Assembly (NCBI GenBank): GCA_963747695.1
Contig: CAVVFV010000003.1
Coordinates: 81,296 to 145,295, forward strand
Origin: Candidatus Falkowbacteria bacterium
GTDB taxonomy: Bacteria; Patescibacteriota; Patescibacteriia; Patescibacteriales; WJLG01
Length of the DNA: 64,000 nt
Direction of reading: 5' to 3'
Position numbers and translations under genes: made by a program. Below, in pieces: positions 61,158-64,000 of this stretch. The notes below the pieces were generated by a model. The model was not told the origin of the DNA, searched no databases, and was given only the letters and a program-made list of their open reading frames with translations. Numbering within the stretch: position 1 is the first letter of the stretch; each line of letters starts with the position of its first letter.

Positions 61158-61940
61158 TCAATGAAAAAAACAGAATAATTTCTCGCCGGGCGATGCTGGC
61201 TTCAGATTTACGTCGTCGATCAAATCAAGATGAGCGTAAACTTCCTTGATCCTTTGATATAAACAATAGTCATGAAAATTACCTTGCCGGTCGAAGTAGT
61301 CGGTGAAAACAAACCAGTCATAGCGTAGCTCAAAATAATCCTGATTTTTAAAAGCCAAAAATTCGTCAGACAAATATTTATGGCCCTCGCCCTGGCAATA
61401 ATAAGCGGGATTTTCCAGATGGTTTTGGGCGTGCGTCAGTTCATGCACCAGAATACCGGCCAAAAAATAAGGCATGCCGTCAGCCACCGACTGGGGTTTG
61501 AAATAAACCGTGCCCGGACTATTTTTTTTCGAACACCGGTTGGCGATATTATCGTAGCAGGCGTCATCGCCGCCGCAATATTGCGCGGCCCCGGCAGCGG
61601 AAACGGTAATTTTAATCTTATTGGCGATGGCATACTGCGCCAGATAGCTGAACTTCGGATCTTGCTCGATCAGATAAAATTCGGGAAGCAGCTGCGGGTC
61701 GACCAAAGCCGCGACTTCTTTAGTAGGCGGCGGAATTTCTTTGGGCACCGCCATCGCGCGATGGTTAATCAAATAAACCGTTTCGTCAACCCAATCTTTG
61801 GGATTCCAAACAAAGGCGAAATTATCAATCGAGATCAGAAAAAAATAGCAAACTAAAACCACGATAACCAAAATAATTATCCGCCGCCAAATCCTTCTTT
61901 TCGGCCGCTCTGACGCGGGAAATATTTTATTCTCGGACAT
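61158..61940 (-). CDS. Membrane-anchored hypothetical protein with an HExxH motif; putative metallopeptidase
   Basis: N-terminal TM segment. ILVHELTHAQNH. Confidence 0.45.
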   Translation of the reverse strand: MSENKIFPASERPKRRIWRRIIILVIVVLVCYFFLISIDNFAFVWNPKDWVDETVYLINHRAMAVPKEIPPPTKEVAALVDPQLLPEFYLIEQDPKFSYLAQYAIANKIKITVSAAGAAQYCGGDDACYDNIANRCSKKNSPGTVYFKPQSVADGMPYFLAGILVHELTHAQNHLENPAYYCQGEGHKYLSDEFLAFKNQDYFELRYDWFVFTDYFDRQGNFHDYCLYQRIKEVYAHLDLIDDVNLKPASPGEKLFCFFH

Positions 61941-61962
61941 AAAGTGCTAATGCTTTTTAGGA

Positions 61963-63801
61963 TCAAGGGCAGACAGTCACATTTTCGGCATCCATACAAG
62001 CTGCCGAACATTTTGATTGATCAGATAAGCCTTTTTCCCAATTGCCGATACAGATATTTGAGCAATCGGCTTTTTTTAAAAGATCATCTAAATTCCCGCA
62101 GGCGCTAATGCAAGCACCATATGTTTTACCGTTATCATTTTCGGTGGCACAACCAGCATTACATTTTGCGTATGCAGATTGTTTTGTCTGCGCGCAAGTC
62201 GGAACCGGCGGCTTAGGCGTTGGCGGCTTAGGCGTTGGCTGGACAATGGTGATCGGGGTTTTAACTGGAGTTTTTTTAACCGGTGTCGGAGTCAGAGGCA
62301 TGGTTTCATAACCGCTGCCATACAGATATCCCATCGGATTAAGTTCTATCCCCTTGTTTTGATCAGGGATACTAAGACGATCGACAATTCCATTTTCCAT
62401 ATAAGCAAGCAAATTACCGGGGATTGCAAGAATAGCCTTACCTTGCTCACAAAATTCTGTTGGCGCGAGCCCGTATTTGCAGACTTTATTAAAGATATCC
62501 GCTGCTTGAGAAAGATTTTCGGTGATTGGTACCCCCGCAATATGATCTATCAAATTCTTAATTTCGCCCACTGCCCCATAACCGCCGAGAACTGTATTCC
62601 AAATACCGGGTAAAGAAGACGCGTCAGGCATTTTATCATTAACCAAAAGATCGGTGGCCACCGAATAAACGACGGCGCAACCAATCTGCGCTTCAATACT
62701 CAAACCGCCAGTGGCAATCCCCAAAACGACGCTGCCAGCCGCTACCCAAAAATTTTGATCATACCTCAACTTATCATACAGCGCCCCGCCGAGCAGTTCG
62801 GCCTGTTCTGAAAGACTTTCATCACGGAGGCAATTTACCTCAAGACCCAAAATCGTATCCGCGGTTCCTCCTAAATCTGGAATGCTTTGACAGTCAGTAC
62901 CGGCTGCTTCGGCCGCCGGGATAAGCGAGGATACGCTTTTTTTAACCGCAAACAAGCCGTGCTCCTCGGCTGAACCAAGATAACCGGAAAAAAGGGCATC
63001 AAGCCAGGCAATCTTTGCGGCATCCAAAACCGCCGTACCGCCATCGGTGGTTGTTAATTTAACGGACGCTTGGGGATTTTTTATATGCCCGTCCAAAGCC
63101 GAGAGCAAGTCTTCCATTCCCTTCTCTGATTTAGCCAGCGAAGCAACAAGCTCCGTGCTGCTGGCCGGCGTATTAGTTTGGGCATTCTTCAGGCTTTCTA
63201 TGGCCGCAACCACGAACGCCCGCGTAATCGTCCCAGCCGGCAGATTAACGGCGTCAGCGCGATTCATTACGCTCGGAGTTGCCGGCGCTGATACCTGAAT
63301 TCCGGCGATCTCGTTCGATGTTTTAACATCCAATTTCTCCCCGTCTTTTTTTACTTGAATAACCTTAAGCGAAACAATATCAGCTTGAAACTTTCCCGAA
63401 TCCTTATTATATTTAAACGGCGGAACCGCCGCAACCACCGACGTAGACGTAACGCTTAAAGCAGGAATCGTGATAATTTCCTGTTCTTGGGAGGTAAAAA
63501 TAATTGAAGTAGCCGCGTCGGGATCAAGATTTCTCCCATCGATTTCCAGGATATCAAAAGGGGCAAGGCTTAGCTTATCTATCTTAATAGAAATGTTTTC
63601 ACTGGGAACTTCATTGATAGTCGATGATGCTTCCGTCGAGGATGCCTCTGTCGAAGATGCCTCTTTTGAAGCTTCTTTAGATAGCATCGGCGCGTTTTTT
63701 ACCGGCTCGGGCGATTTATTCCGCAATAAAAACATCCCTCCAATACCCAACACGATAACCAAAATTGCAATGATCCATATCGCTGGTTTTATGTTTTTCA
63801 T
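61963..63801 (-). CDS. Secreted or anchored hypothetical protein (612 aa) with an EASST repeat and a Cys-rich C-terminus
   Basis: N-terminal TM segment, (EASST)x3, and a Pro/Thr/Lys linker followed by a 14-Cys tail. Confidence 0.55.
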   Translation of the reverse strand: MKNIKPAIWIIAILVIVLGIGGMFLLRNKSPEPVKNAPMLSKEASKEASSTEASSTEASSTINEVPSENISIKIDKLSLAPFDILEIDGRNLDPDAATSIIFTSQEQEIITIPALSVTSTSVVAAVPPFKYNKDSGKFQADIVSLKVIQVKKDGEKLDVKTSNEIAGIQVSAPATPSVMNRADAVNLPAGTITRAFVVAAIESLKNAQTNTPASSTELVASLAKSEKGMEDLLSALDGHIKNPQASVKLTTTDGGTAVLDAAKIAWLDALFSGYLGSAEEHGLFAVKKSVSSLIPAAEAAGTDCQSIPDLGGTADTILGLEVNCLRDESLSEQAELLGGALYDKLRYDQNFWVAAGSVVLGIATGGLSIEAQIGCAVVYSVATDLLVNDKMPDASSLPGIWNTVLGGYGAVGEIKNLIDHIAGVPITENLSQAADIFNKVCKYGLAPTEFCEQGKAILAIPGNLLAYMENGIVDRLSIPDQNKGIELNPMGYLYGSGYETMPLTPTPVKKTPVKTPITIVQPTPKPPTPKPPVPTCAQTKQSAYAKCNAGCATENDNGKTYGACISACGNLDDLLKKADCSNICIGNWEKGLSDQSKCSAACMDAENVTVCP

Positions 63802-63810
63802 ATTTTTTTG

Positions 63811-64000
63811 TTATTTACAATTAAGATTTTGACAGGCGGCTTTAATCGCGGCATCGGTAGTTTGCTTGCAAATCGAGCAGGGATCGATAGTCGTCGTATT
63901 GGTCGGAATAGATTTCATCATCTGATCAAAATCCGTAAACTTAACTCCGGCAGGCAGATCAAATTTAGAATTATCAACCGACCAATTATGGCAATCAAAA
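63811..64000 (-). CDS. C-terminal fragment of a hypothetical Cys-containing secreted protein; the gene runs off the right window edge
   Basis: My translation is ...FDCHNWSVDNSKFDLPAGVKFTDFDQMMKSIPTNTTTIDPCSICKQTTDAAIKAACQNLNCK, with the stop at 63811-63813. Confidence 0.4.
   Translation of the reverse strand, partial: FDCHNWSVDNSKFDLPAGVKFTDFDQMMKSIPTNTTTIDPCSICKQTTDAAIKAACQNLNCK

Overview
This 64-kb chromosomal fragment is densely packed with short housekeeping genes. It looks like a small-genome anaerobic, fermentative bacterium of the Candidate Phyla Radiation/Patescibacteria type. That placement is an inference from gene content, not from a search: class III ribonucleotide reductase, 2-oxoacid:ferredoxin oxidoreductase, hemerythrins, no respiratory genes, and many large secreted or anchored hypothetical proteins.

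Recognisable genes, all called from motifs read in the translations:
- tRNA modification: miaA (partial), miaB, mtaB
- Chromosome and replication: parB, parA, dnaE
- Nucleotide metabolism: two NUDIX hydrolases, the nrdR-nrdD-nrdG operon
- Translation and transcription: def, fmt, greA
- Stress and SOS: a cold-shock protein, msrA, a lexA-dinB cassette
- Envelope and transport: two GT2 glycosyltransferases flanking a DedA-like protein, an ABC-2 exporter, a P-type ATPase, mscL
- Redox and sensing: a PAS histidine kinase next to three hemerythrin-type proteins, a ferredoxin, OFOR alpha/beta
- Other: argG
- Four tRNAs: Leu-CAA, Glu-CTC, Thr-TGT, Lys-TTT

Observations most worth follow-up:
1. Three of the four tRNA genes are followed by GC-rich, hairpin-rich insert modules. 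The modules are homologous between loci, show compensatory stem changes, and are bracketed by inverted and direct copies of the 3' end of the neighbouring tRNA. No recombinase gene is present in the window.
2. The class III RNR is split. The glycyl-radical motif lies on a separate 49-codon ORF, about 150 nt downstream of the stop codon of nrdD.
3. A 390-nt non-coding stretch with a near-consensus promoter and terminators lies between msrA and tRNA-Lys.
4. A cluster of DnaA boxes sits at the point where gene strand orientation switches, upstream of nrdR.
5. An orphan radical-SAM/SPASM enzyme has no convincing substrate gene nearby.
6. Nearly every intergenic spacer is a long imperfect palindrome built from spacer-specific short words, and some of these word themes recur at distant loci.

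No tools were available. No database search, folding or statistics were run, and all family assignments are motif-level calls.
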